Positions 42,685-52,350 of a stretch of DNA of 64,000 nt are shown here, piece by piece. The notes beneath the pieces are model-generated. The model saw nothing but the letters and a program-made list of their open reading frames with translations, had not been told where the DNA came from and searched no databases. The translations under genes were made by a program, and so were the position numbers. Source of the stretch: Chloroflexota bacterium (GTDB lineage Bacteria > Chloroflexota > UBA5177); contig JAICWV010000001.1 in assembly GCA_025966365.1 (NCBI GenBank), positions 911 to 64,910 on the forward strand. The letters are read 5' to 3'. The stretch's first letter is position 1, and every line of letters starts with the position of its first letter.

Positions 42685-42803
42685 CAAGGGAAGCAGGGTG
42701 TGGCCGCCGGATCGTGGGCCGCGCTATGCTCTACCCATACCATCGCACATGTGAATGCGTGGCCAACAGCACCGTGACCACGCGGCGCTAGAAAGACGTT
42801 GCC

Positions 42804-44528
42804 TTGCACATTCTCGGGATCAACGCCTACCACGGCGGCGCCTCGGCCTGCCTTATTCGTGACGGCCAATTAGTCGCTGCCGTCGAGGAAGAGCGATTCA
42901 GCCGGGTCAAGTACCAGGCCGGGTTCCCGGTTGAAGCGATTCGCTGGGTGCTCGCCGAGGGCGGTATTGCGCCTCCGGATCTCGATCATATCGGGATTAG
43001 CCGCAAGCCTACCGCCAATCTGGTGAAGAAAGCGCTCTTCGCCTTCCAGCGCCGCCCGTCGGTTGGCCTGATCCGGGATCGACTGAACAACAGCATGAAG
43101 GTCGCCGATCTCAAGTCGGCCTTTTGTGAGGGGCTGGGCGTGGACGCCGCCTCGCTGCACGCCGAGTTCCACAACGTGGAGCACCACCGCGCCCACATGG
43201 CCAGCGCCTTCTTCGTTTCCCCCTTCCGTGAGGCCGCCATCCTCTCGGTGGACGGCATGGGCGACTTCGTCAGCACCATGTGGGGGACGGGTTGTGACAC
43301 AGAGATGCAGGTGCTTGGCGAGGTCAACTTCCCCCACTCCCTCGGCCTCTTCTACACCGCCGTCACTCAGTGGCTGGGATTCCCGAAGTATGGAGACGAG
43401 GGCAAGGTCATGGGCCTGGCCCCGCTTGGTCGCCCGGCGCACATGGACAAGATGGAGAAGCTGGTACGTGAACAGCGCGACGGCACCTTCGAGCTGAACC
43501 TGGACTACTTCGTTCACCATGCCGAGGGCGCGACCATGACCTGGAACGAAGCGGAGCCCAAGCTCGGCGCCATCTTCTCCGGCGAGTTCGTCAAGCTCTT
43601 TGGCGAGCCACGTGTTCCACGGAGCGACATCACCGAGTACCACGAGGACGTTGCAGCCTCTCTGCAGGTCATGCTGGAGCAGGTGGAGTTGCAGCTCGTG
43701 CGGAAACTGCAGCGAGTGACCGGCCAGAAGGCGCTCTGCATGGCGGGTGGGGTGGCGCTCAACAGCGCCTTCAACGGAAAAATACTGCCCTGCACCGACT
43801 TCGAGGACATCTACATCCAGCCCGCGGCCGGCGATGCAGGGACGTCCCTTGGCGTCTGCTACTACATCTATCACCAGCTCCTGGGCCGGCCTCGTACCTA
43901 CGTCATGAACGACGCCTATACCGGGCCGCGGTACTCGCCTGATGCCATCGAGGCTGCGCTCCAGAACGCGGGTCTCTTATATGAGCAACTGGAGGAGGAG
44001 GACCTCACCGCGCGGGCAGCGGAGATCGTGGCCGGCGGTAACGTGTTGGGCTGGTTCCAGGGACGGCTGGAATGGGGGCCCCGTGCACTCGGGAATCGCA
44101 GCATCATCGCCGATCCGCGGCGACAGGATATGAAGGCCATCCTCAACGCCCGCATCAAGCACCGCGAGCCGTTCCGTCCCTTCGCTCCGTCGGTTCTCAT
44201 GGAGCACGTGGGTGAATACTTCGACCAGACGTATCCCGACCCCTTCATGATCAAGGTCTATAACGTCCTCGAGGAAAAACAGCCGGTCATTCCCGCCGTC
44301 ACCCATGTGGACGGCACTGGCCGCCTGCAGACCGTTGATCAGGAGCACTCACCGCTCTACTGGAAGCTGATCAACGCCTTCAAGGAACGCACGGGCGTTC
44401 CCATCGTCCTCAACACCAGCTTCAACGAGAATGAGCCGATTGTGTGCACTCCCGAGGAGGCAATCGCGGTACTCCAGCGCACCAAGATGGATGCGTTGGC
44501 GATCGGGAATTACCTGGTACTCACGTAG
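42804..44528 (+). CDS. carbamoyltransferase (NodU/CmcH family)
   Basis: N-terminal Kae1/HypF-like domain (ILGINAYHGGASACL, HHRAHMASAF) and C-terminal carbamoyltransferase domain (RALGNRSI..DPR). TTG start. Confidence 0.8.
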   Translation: MHILGINAYHGGASACLIRDGQLVAAVEEERFSRVKYQAGFPVEAIRWVLAEGGIAPPDLDHIGISRKPTANLVKKALFAFQRRPSVGLIRDRLNNSMKVADLKSAFCEGLGVDAASLHAEFHNVEHHRAHMASAFFVSPFREAAILSVDGMGDFVSTMWGTGCDTEMQVLGEVNFPHSLGLFYTAVTQWLGFPKYGDEGKVMGLAPLGRPAHMDKMEKLVREQRDGTFELNLDYFVHHAEGATMTWNEAEPKLGAIFSGEFVKLFGEPRVPRSDITEYHEDVAASLQVMLEQVELQLVRKLQRVTGQKALCMAGGVALNSAFNGKILPCTDFEDIYIQPAAGDAGTSLGVCYYIYHQLLGRPRTYVMNDAYTGPRYSPDAIEAALQNAGLLYEQLEEEDLTARAAEIVAGGNVLGWFQGRLEWGPRALGNRSIIADPRRQDMKAILNARIKHREPFRPFAPSVLMEHVGEYFDQTYPDPFMIKVYNVLEEKQPVIPAVTHVDGTGRLQTVDQEHSPLYWKLINAFKERTGVPIVLNTSFNENEPIVCTPEEAIAVLQRTKMDALAIGNYLVLT

Positions 44529-44538
44529 CCGGCCGCGG

Positions 44539-44697
44539 TCAGGACCCGAGAGCGGCGTACAGGCATTGCACGATGACGATGATCACCAGGGAAGCTGCCG
44601 ATACAGCGATGAGGGCGGATCCAAGACGCAGCTGCAGGGACTCTGCCGGAATCACCGCGGTTCGTCCTGGAGCCAGATCCGTAAACGTGCGTGCCAT
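44539..44697 (-). CDS. candidate small membrane protein (52 aa)
   Basis: Reads MARTFTDLAPGRTAVIPAESLQLRLGSALIAVSAASLVIIVIVQCLYAALGS with one TM helix. GGAAAGGGG lies ~8 nt upstream of the ATG. Sits in a 290-bp AT-richer gap, antisense to nothing. Tentative. Confidence 0.3.
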   Translation of the reverse strand: MARTFTDLAPGRTAVIPAESLQLRLGSALIAVSAASLVIIVIVQCLYAALGS

Positions 44698-44817
44698 GAC
44701 AGATGCCCCTTTCCGTGTGTCTTGTCTGGCTATATTGGACCACTCATTCGTGCTCAGCAGTAGGGTCGTCGTGCCTGCTCTCGGAGAGACCATGGTCATG
44801 GCAGGAGATGTTGCTCC

Positions 44818-46086
44818 ATGATCCGCCGCACCACGCCACGCCACATCGTCTTTCTCTCGCTGGACTTCTATCCTGACGATCAGGCAGTCAGCCAGCTCTT
44901 CACCGACCTCCTCCTGGCCGTGCGCCGCGACATGCCCTATGTCAGGATCACGGTCCTGTGCGGATTCCCCATGCAGACAGCGGCCGGCGCTGGAGAGCCT
45001 ATCCCGCGGCGAGAGAGCTTGAATGGTATAGAAATCCGGCGTTGCGGTATCCGCGTGCGGGACAAGAGCACACTCATCCGTCGCGCGACACTCTACGCCT
45101 CGTTTTTGCTCCACGCCGGATGGGAATTGCTTTGGTTGGGCCGAGGAAGCCTGGTCTTCGGCGTCACCAGTCCGCCATTCGGGGCGCATCTCCTCTGGCT
45201 TACCTCGTGGCTGGCGCGCTTCCCCTACCAATACATGTTCCTGGACATCTATCCCGAAGCGCTCGTTGCGCTTGGCCGACTGAAGCCGAACGCTTTTCTG
45301 ACCCGCTGCTGGATGTTTCTCAACCATCTGAGCTACCGCCGCGCGTCGAAGCTTGCTGTGCTCGGACGCGATATGATCCCCCTCCTCCAGCACCACTACG
45401 AGATCGCTCCCGGTCGGATCACCTACATTCCACACTGGAGCGCGTCTGAGGTCGAGTGCCCGAGCCTCTTCACGGAAAACAGATTGGCACGGCGGCTGGG
45501 TCTGGAGGATAAATTCGTCGTCCAGTACTCCGGCAATATGGGTCTGCTGCACGATATCGACACGCTGGTCCGTGCCGCCGACCTCCTGAAGAACACTCCG
45601 AACATCCACTTCCTCTTCATCGGCAAGGGACGCAGACGGGCAACGGCCGAGCGGCTCGCGCGCGAGCTCGATCTTCCCAATATCACCTGGCTGGATTTCG
45701 TGCCGCGTGAGCGACTGCATGAGACGCTCTCTTGCTGCCGGGTGGCACTGGTCTCGCTGCGCCAGGGCATGGAAGGCGTGGCCGTCCCCAGCAAGCTTTA
45801 CGGCATCCTGGCTTCGGGCCGCACCGTGGTGGCACAGGTTCCCCATGGGTCCGAGATCGCGTGCGTGGTCGAGGAAGAAGGCTGCGGCGTGGTGGTCGAG
45901 CCGGGAGACGCGGCCGGACTGGCCGAGGTCCTACGAATGCTGGCGTCGAGCCCGGAGCAAACCGAACTCATGGGCGCCAACGCCTTCGAAGCCTACCGCG
46001 CAACGTACACGCTGGAGCAGGCAGTCACCGCCTTCGAAGAACTCTGGGGACTCCGGAAAACCGGACTGCTCAGCTCAGCCGGATAG
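44818..46086 (+). CDS. glycosyltransferase family 4
   Basis: GT-B fold. C-terminal donor-binding region (…VPSKLYGILASGRTVVA…) as in WbuB-like GT4 enzymes. Confidence 0.7.
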   Translation: MIRRTTPRHIVFLSLDFYPDDQAVSQLFTDLLLAVRRDMPYVRITVLCGFPMQTAAGAGEPIPRRESLNGIEIRRCGIRVRDKSTLIRRATLYASFLLHAGWELLWLGRGSLVFGVTSPPFGAHLLWLTSWLARFPYQYMFLDIYPEALVALGRLKPNAFLTRCWMFLNHLSYRRASKLAVLGRDMIPLLQHHYEIAPGRITYIPHWSASEVECPSLFTENRLARRLGLEDKFVVQYSGNMGLLHDIDTLVRAADLLKNTPNIHFLFIGKGRRRATAERLARELDLPNITWLDFVPRERLHETLSCCRVALVSLRQGMEGVAVPSKLYGILASGRTVVAQVPHGSEIACVVEEEGCGVVVEPGDAAGLAEVLRMLASSPEQTELMGANAFEAYRATYTLEQAVTAFEELWGLRKTGLLSSAG

Positions 46087-46088
46087 CT

Positions 46089-46403
46089 CTATCGAGCGGC
46101 ACCGCCCGTGGACGGAAGCGACGAAATGCGGCCACTGTTGGTCGTTGCCCCGGTACCGTACGACGGCGCGCTCCCCACGACAGGTTTGGTTCCTGCCACC
46201 GGATAGGTTCCACCAGCACCCGTCTTCACCGGCGCATGGGGTTTGACGGTCGCGACTCTCCGTACGGGAGTCTTGGTCGGAGGGGGGGTCTTGTAGGCAT
46301 GAGTGGTCGATTGACTTCGATGCGCCAGCGTCGGAGTTGCGGCCAGGCCCATCCCCATCGCCACCGCAATCGCGAGGACGGAGACGGCGCGCTTACTCTT
46401 CAT
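46089..46403 (-). CDS. small secreted Pro/Thr-rich protein
   Basis: Signal peptide MKSKRAVSVLAIAVAMGMGLAATPTLA. AAGGTGAAGGA lies 4 nt upstream of the ATG. Ends ...SSLPSTGGAAR. Confidence 0.5.
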   Translation of the reverse strand: MKSKRAVSVLAIAVAMGMGLAATPTLAHRSQSTTHAYKTPPPTKTPVRRVATVKPHAPVKTGAGGTYPVAGTKPVVGSAPSYGTGATTNSGRISSLPSTGGAAR

Positions 46404-46647
46404 TATCCTTCACCTTTCTCACAGGCTCCACGCAGATGACTTCGTTGTTGAGTCCTAGCGTACTAGAGAAACGTGGATACGTCAACTAAAAGCTTCAGTC
46501 ATCACGGGCCCCGGATTGTTGCGGCGCGTACTGTCTCACCAGCCGCGGTCAGGGATATCCGTCACCTGCACGTCTTGACGTTGCATGTGGCGAGGCGTAA
46601 CCTTGTACTACCTCGGACGCGCCTATCCACGTGAGTAGCGAGCAGCC

Positions 46648-49431
46648 ATGACCGAGCTCTCCCCCGCCGTCGCCTCCCCTCCTGACGACCCGGCAACGCA
46701 GTTCCTCGCCTTCCTCATCGCCGACGTCCGCGGCTACACCAGCTTTACGGTCGAGCACGGTACGCCGGCCGGGGCCCGGCTGGCCAGGAAGTTCGCCGAG
46801 CTCTCGAAAGTTCTGGTGGCGGCACGTGGGGGCGAGGTGATCGAGCTGCGTGGCGACGAGGCACTCGCGATTTTCGCCGATCCGCGTCAGGCGCTATACG
46901 CGGCGGCGGAAATGCAAGAGCGCTTCCAGCAGGAGATGGAGGAGGATCCTTCCCTCCCACTGAAGGTCGGCATCGGCGTGGACGCCGGTGATGTGGTCCC
47001 CGTGGAGGGCGGCTATCGCGGTCTGGCGTTGAACCTGGCCGCGCGGCTGTGCAGCCTGGCCAAGGCCGGCGAAGTATATGCAACCGAGGGAATCGTCCAC
47101 CTCTCCGATAAATTGGACGGCTACGTCTACGTCGAGCGCGGCCGTGTCGCGCTCAAAGGGTTCTCGGACCTGGTCCGGGTGATCCAGGTGCTCCCTGAAG
47201 GAGAGCTTCCGGCAGGGTTCCCGCCGCTGGTGTCACTGGTGGCCAGGCCCAGCAACCTCCCCTTACAACCAACTCCGTTCGTCGGCCGCGAGGCCGAAAT
47301 CGCGGCCGTGACCGACATGCTCCGACGCGACGACATCCGCCTCCTGACGCTCACCGGTCCGGGAGGAACCGGGAAGACCCGGCTCGCTCTGCAGGGCGCG
47401 GCGGCGGTGCTGGACGACTTCCAGCGCGGAGCTTTCTGGATCCCGCTGGGCTCCGTGGCCGACCCCGGCTTGCTGGCCTCTACCATCGCGGGCACACTCA
47501 AAGTGAAGGAAGCACCGGGGGTCCCCATCCTCGAGACCCTGTCGGACTATTTGAAAGATCGGCAGATGCTGCTGGTGCTGGATAACTTCGAGCACCTGGC
47601 GGACGCGGCACCCGTGGTCGCAGCGCTGCTGGCGGCCTGTCCGGACCTGAAGATTCTCACCACCAGCCGCTCTCCACTTCACGTAAGCGGCGAGCACACC
47701 TTCGATGTTCCCCCACTGACGCTGCCCAACCTCCAGCGGCTTCCGTCGGTCGAGGAGCTGCTGTCGTACGATGCCATCGCGCTCTTCGTGCAACGGGCGC
47801 AGGCAGCCAGGTCCGACTTTACACTCACCGCCGAGGTTGCTCGGCCGGTGGCGGAGATCTGCGCCGGCGTCGACGGCCTGCCCCTGGCGATCGAGCTTGC
47901 CGCCGCAAGAATCAAAGTCTTCCCACCACCGATCCTGCTGCGCCGCCTCTCCAGGCGGCTGAGCCTGCTTACCGGGGGCGCCCGCGACCTCTCGGCCCGG
48001 CAGCAGACGCTGCAGGCGACCATCGACTGGAGCTTCAGCCTGCTCGATCCCGGCGAGCAGCGGATCTTTGCCCGCATGGCCGTCTTTGCCGGCGGCTCTA
48101 CCCTCCATGCCATCGGCCGGGTGTGCATGGAGCCGGATGAACACCTGGATGAGGGCACTCTGGCATCGCTGGTGGATAAGAGCCTGATGCGGAAGGAGGG
48201 AGGAGACGATCGCTTCTTCATGCTCCGGACGATCCGGGACTACGCCTGGCAGCGGCTGGAGCTCAGTGGCGATACCGATCCAATGCAGCGCCGCCATGCC
48301 TCCTACTATCTCGATCTGGCCAGGGAGGCCGAGCCGGCATTTCGCGCACCCGACCAGGACATCTGGATGAGCCTGCTGGAGCGAGAGCACGACAATATGC
48401 GCGCCGCTCTCAGCTGGGCCCTGGAAGGCGAGGATCGCGAGCTGGCGCTGCAGCTGAGCGCCGCGCTCCATCGGTTCTGGCAGGTCCACGGTCACCTGAC
48501 CGAGGGACGGCAGTGGGTCGAGCAGTCGCTGGAGCGGGCAGGGGAAGTGCGCACCCGCGACCAGATCGAAGCGCTCGTCGGCGCCGGATGGCTGGCATTT
48601 TACCAGGATGACATCGACAGATCGGAACGCTTTCTGTCCAGGGCGCTCTCCCTGGCGGAGGAGCTGAACGACGAAATCGGCCGCGCCGACGCGCTTTACG
48701 GTCTGGGCTGTATTGCCGATGCGCAGGGCGACTACGATCGCGCCGAGACGCTCATCGAGGAGTGTCTGGACGCCTATCTCGGTCTGAACGATACCTGGGG
48801 CGTGGCCCTGGCCATGAACAACCTCGGTCTCATTGCCAAATACCGCGGCGAGCTGGAGCGAGCGCAGGAGCTGATGGAGGAGGGGCTGGAGCTGGCACGG
48901 CACCTGGGCCAGCGGCGTGCCCTCGGCATCCTCCTCTTCAACCTCGGCTGCGTTCACTGGTGTATCGGCGATATGTCCGGGGCCAGGGAGCGCTACCAGG
49001 AAGCGCTGGTCGAGCTTCAGGACGTCGGCGAGCGGTTGGTCACAGCGATGACGGAAGGGGAGCTTGGCCTGGTGGCAGGCGCCGAGGGCGATTATTCCCG
49101 CGCCCAGGAGCTGCTGGCGCAAACCCTGGAGACGTACCAGGAGCTCGATTACAGGCCGGGCATCCCGGAGTGGCTGGAGAACCAATCCCGCATCGCCGGG
49201 TTCCGGGGTGACGCAGAGCGCGCGGCCCTGCTCTACGGTGCCGCCGATGCTCTCCGCCAGGAGCTCAATCTGTCGCTCCCCGTCGTGGACAAAAACGCGC
49301 ACGAGCGAGATCTGGAACCGGCTCGCTCGCAGCTGGGCGAGGATTGGCAAACCGCCCTCCACAGAGGTCGTGAGCTGACAGCCGAGCAGGCGATCGAGCT
49401 GGCACAGGCCGCATCATCGGTACCGGGCTAA
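46648..49431 (+). CDS. STAND-type signalling protein: class III adenylyl/guanylyl cyclase domain - NB-ARC/AAA ATPase - TPR repeats
   Basis: Cyclase motifs (FLIADVRGYTSF, GDEALAIF, GIGVDAGDV, NLAARL). P-loop LTGPGGTGKTRLA. C-terminal TPR array. Confidence 0.8.
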   Translation: MTELSPAVASPPDDPATQFLAFLIADVRGYTSFTVEHGTPAGARLARKFAELSKVLVAARGGEVIELRGDEALAIFADPRQALYAAAEMQERFQQEMEEDPSLPLKVGIGVDAGDVVPVEGGYRGLALNLAARLCSLAKAGEVYATEGIVHLSDKLDGYVYVERGRVALKGFSDLVRVIQVLPEGELPAGFPPLVSLVARPSNLPLQPTPFVGREAEIAAVTDMLRRDDIRLLTLTGPGGTGKTRLALQGAAAVLDDFQRGAFWIPLGSVADPGLLASTIAGTLKVKEAPGVPILETLSDYLKDRQMLLVLDNFEHLADAAPVVAALLAACPDLKILTTSRSPLHVSGEHTFDVPPLTLPNLQRLPSVEELLSYDAIALFVQRAQAARSDFTLTAEVARPVAEICAGVDGLPLAIELAAARIKVFPPPILLRRLSRRLSLLTGGARDLSARQQTLQATIDWSFSLLDPGEQRIFARMAVFAGGSTLHAIGRVCMEPDEHLDEGTLASLVDKSLMRKEGGDDRFFMLRTIRDYAWQRLELSGDTDPMQRRHASYYLDLAREAEPAFRAPDQDIWMSLLEREHDNMRAALSWALEGEDRELALQLSAALHRFWQVHGHLTEGRQWVEQSLERAGEVRTRDQIEALVGAGWLAFYQDDIDRSERFLSRALSLAEELNDEIGRADALYGLGCIADAQGDYDRAETLIEECLDAYLGLNDTWGVALAMNNLGLIAKYRGELERAQELMEEGLELARHLGQRRALGILLFNLGCVHWCIGDMSGARERYQEALVELQDVGERLVTAMTEGELGLVAGAEGDYSRAQELLAQTLETYQELDYRPGIPEWLENQSRIAGFRGDAERAALLYGAADALRQELNLSLPVVDKNAHERDLEPARSQLGEDWQTALHRGRELTAEQAIELAQAASSVPG

Positions 49432-49445
49432 GACATGGGAGTGAT

Positions 49446-50573
49446 GTGCGGGCGCTTCTAGCGGCTCTGTGCTTTGCGAGCGTGCTGATGCTCGGCGCCT
49501 CCGGCGGCAGCTCATGGCCGATGTCGAGTCACGATCCCGAGGCAACCAACTTCAACAGCGGCGAAACCTCCCTCACCCCCGGCAACCTTCGGCATCTGCA
49601 TCCGGTGTGGAAGCAGACCGGTCACCTCTCCGGGTTCGTTGTCGCGAGCGGTCGTGTATACGCCGCGTTTCCGCAAGGGATTCTGGTACTTCAGCCACGG
49701 ACAGGGAAACGGCTCATGCTGGTAACGCTCAGATCTCTTCACCTGACATCGGCGCTGCTGGCCGTGAACCTTGCCTACTCGAGAGGCGTGCTCGTGGTCG
49801 CGACGCACGACGCCATCATTGCCATTCAGGCACACTCCGGCCGGTTCCTCTGGTCATTTCCGGTGAGCTTTACGACGGGGGTGCTGGTGCAAGGCACAAC
49901 GGTGTTCACGGGAAGCTACTGCTTCAATGGCTGTCCCACGCGCGCCCTTGATCTACGCACCGGCAAGATCCTCTGGGAGAATGCGACGGGGGGACTGCTG
50001 CAGGCAATTGTTGGCGGGCGAGTATATGAGGGGCTTCTCTGGCACGGCTCGTGTCAGAACCGTGTCTTGAGCGCTGACAGCGGTGCTCTGATTACGATCC
50101 TCCCCTCTTGTACGCAGCCGATTGGCGCCGGCAACCACCTGTACGCAGAGGTCTTTCCCGGCGATGCTCACCGGCCAAACATGCTCGGCGGCCTCTCGCC
50201 CGCCGGCCGGTTGACGTGGAGTATCCCCCTTGGGAAGGCCGACGAGCACCCGCTGGCGCTGGGCTATGGCACAATCTTCGCCGCCGCCCACGGACGCCGC
50301 GACGCCCTGGTGGCCGTGAGCACGCGCGCGAAACGCGTCCTCTGGCGGCGTCCCGTGGAGGGCTCCAGTGCTCTCCTGCTGGCGAGCCACATGGTTTTCG
50401 TGGTCGACAAAGAAAGCCGAAGCGTGAAGGTGCTGACGGTGGCGAGTGGCCGAACCATCAGGACCATCCGCGTCCCCGGATCCGACAAGTCTAACCCGCT
50501 CTCTGGGACCGTCGTGGCGGACGGAGCAGTCTATGCGTGGCTCTTTAATGGGCTGGTGGCGATGAGGCCGTGA
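49446..50573 (+). CDS. secreted PQQ-like beta-propeller repeat protein
   Basis: Signal peptide. Repeated G-x-hydrophobic-Y/W-A...G-x-hydrophobic PQQ/BamB-like blades (RVYAA, FLWSF, KILWE, RVLWRR). Confidence 0.6.
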   Translation: MRALLAALCFASVLMLGASGGSSWPMSSHDPEATNFNSGETSLTPGNLRHLHPVWKQTGHLSGFVVASGRVYAAFPQGILVLQPRTGKRLMLVTLRSLHLTSALLAVNLAYSRGVLVVATHDAIIAIQAHSGRFLWSFPVSFTTGVLVQGTTVFTGSYCFNGCPTRALDLRTGKILWENATGGLLQAIVGGRVYEGLLWHGSCQNRVLSADSGALITILPSCTQPIGAGNHLYAEVFPGDAHRPNMLGGLSPAGRLTWSIPLGKADEHPLALGYGTIFAAAHGRRDALVAVSTRAKRVLWRRPVEGSSALLLASHMVFVVDKESRSVKVLTVASGRTIRTIRVPGSDKSNPLSGTVVADGAVYAWLFNGLVAMRP

Positions 50574-50587
50574 AGGCGGCTGTCTCC

Positions 50588-52333
50588 TTACTTGAAGTGG
50601 AAGTTGGCCAGATGCTGGGTGGTGTCCGCCAGGGTGACGGTGAGGACCCGGCAGGTCCCCTTCCAGCTCGAATCGGTCTTCCAGGCGTACGTGTATTGAT
50701 CAGCCGTGGCGTCGTAGCTCAAGCTGCTGTTTCCGGCCGTCACCGTCTGATCGATTTGCGATGACGTGGAGGACAGAGATCCGCAATCGACCTGTTGCGA
50801 CGCCGGAGAGCCGGCCGGGAAGATGCTCAGCCCCTGGTTCCCGGTCAGGCTGAACTTCACCGGGACGGTGCTGCCCGCCTTTGCCGTGTTGACAACCGTG
50901 GGATTATCTACCGGCTGGAAGAAGCCCTTGAAGTTGTAGATCACGGTGTAGGTGCACGCCATGGACGTGCCGGTGTTGCCGGCAACATCCGTGGGGGCCG
51001 GCGCGGTGACGGTGTGCGGCCCCACCGTGGAGGTATCGAGCGGGATTGAGCCGGTTGCCTGGGTCGCCACGCCGGAGCCATTGGAGTTGTCGGTGGCGGT
51101 CCATGTCGCCGCGGGCGGCGAGGACCCAAGGATCACCGTCGAGGGGCAGGTACCCGCATCAAAGGCCACGGTGGGAGCGGTGCTGTCGATTTTGAACGTC
51201 AGCGTGTGCGTCGACTCCACGTCCGGAGTCGGAGACGCAGAATCCTCCGAGTGAAATTGCAGCGTGTGTGTTCCATCGCCCTGGACGGTCAGAGAGTTCC
51301 CTGCCTGCGACGAACCCCCGTCAACAGAGTAGTAGGTCGTGACGTTACCACCCAGGTAGTACACCTTGTGCGGCGCCAGGCTGACGGAAACATCCTCCCG
51401 ATACCAGCCGTTTTGATCCGGAGGCAGATAGGAGGCGGTGGTCTGCGGCGGAGCCTGATCGACCACGCAATCCTGGACCAGGCTCGTGCTGGGATCAGGC
51501 TGCACATCGAACGACGGGGTGTTGTTGGGGTTATTGGGATCGACACCTGAGCCGGTCGGCTCCTGGTCAGTTTGCAGGACATCATCGAAGCTGGAGCCAT
51601 CGGTGTTCGCTGTGAAGTCCCCATCTGCGCCCGTGCCGAAGGGGGGCGCGGCTCCATTTTCGCCATCGTCGGTGGCTACCCACCCGCCAATACGGCCGGC
51701 ATCGTCGCCATTTGAATCGGGGAAGGCAGCGGGCCCTCCTGTCCTATCGTCGTCCTCGTTGAGCAGCCCATTGGTTCCTGGAGCCCCATGATCGAGACGC
51801 CAGATGGAGGCAACGATCTCCTCACCCACGCTCTGCGTGGCGTAGTGAACGATCTGGGTGTCCCCGGTCCAGGTCCCGTCCGCATTGGTGGCGGGCGATC
51901 CCACGTGGGCATCCGAGGTCGAATCGGTGCTCGGGGAGGTGAAGAGCATGTGGGGGAAGCTTCCCTCGGTGATCGGGACCTGAGTCGGGGAGCTATTCGT
52001 GTTGGATGGCGTGCCGTAGTCACGAATATCCGCTATCTGCAACGAATGCGCCTCGTGGCCCGTATTGCGCAGGTCTCCGAGCTCCTGGTAGGCGACATTG
52101 ACCGCGATTCCGTCGGTGCAGATGTAGTTGCTCAGCGTGTAGAGGTTGTCCATTCCCTCGTCGCCACCGCCGAAGGCCCTGGGATCCGAGGCGAAGCTCA
52201 TGCCATTGGCCGCGGCGGCGGACGCAAGCTGGGTTCCCGGCGCCGTCCGACCGCCCACTATGCGGGCGCTACCGCTTCCAAGCACACCCGCGACCACGGT
52301 AATCACGATGAAACTCAAGATTCTCTGGTACAT
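50588..52333 (-). CDS. secreted acidic (Asp/Gly-rich, Ca-binding-like) protein with C-terminal beta-domain
   Basis: Signal peptide MYQRILSFIVITVVAGVLGSGSA. DxDxDG-like acidic repeats. The C-terminal domain has P-x-K-F-like segments (FKGFFQPV, TVPVKFSL). Strong SD AGGAGGAAGGAAGAGGAG. Confidence 0.6.
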   Translation of the reverse strand: MYQRILSFIVITVVAGVLGSGSARIVGGRTAPGTQLASAAAANGMSFASDPRAFGGGDEGMDNLYTLSNYICTDGIAVNVAYQELGDLRNTGHEAHSLQIADIRDYGTPSNTNSSPTQVPITEGSFPHMLFTSPSTDSTSDAHVGSPATNADGTWTGDTQIVHYATQSVGEEIVASIWRLDHGAPGTNGLLNEDDDRTGGPAAFPDSNGDDAGRIGGWVATDDGENGAAPPFGTGADGDFTANTDGSSFDDVLQTDQEPTGSGVDPNNPNNTPSFDVQPDPSTSLVQDCVVDQAPPQTTASYLPPDQNGWYREDVSVSLAPHKVYYLGGNVTTYYSVDGGSSQAGNSLTVQGDGTHTLQFHSEDSASPTPDVESTHTLTFKIDSTAPTVAFDAGTCPSTVILGSSPPAATWTATDNSNGSGVATQATGSIPLDTSTVGPHTVTAPAPTDVAGNTGTSMACTYTVIYNFKGFFQPVDNPTVVNTAKAGSTVPVKFSLTGNQGLSIFPAGSPASQQVDCGSLSSTSSQIDQTVTAGNSSLSYDATADQYTYAWKTDSSWKGTCRVLTVTLADTTQHLANFHFK

Positions 52334-52350
52334 GCTCCTCTTCCTTCCTC

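Noticed and set aside
44539-45846. 435-aa ORF antisense to the last GT4 gene
   Set aside because: It overlaps a GT4 gene that has a clear motif. Only its last 52 codons, in the intergenic gap, were kept as a tentative small protein.
47263-49362. 699-aa ORF antisense to the STAND gene
   Set aside because: High-GC antisense artefact. The sense strand encodes clear cyclase, P-loop and TPR motifs.
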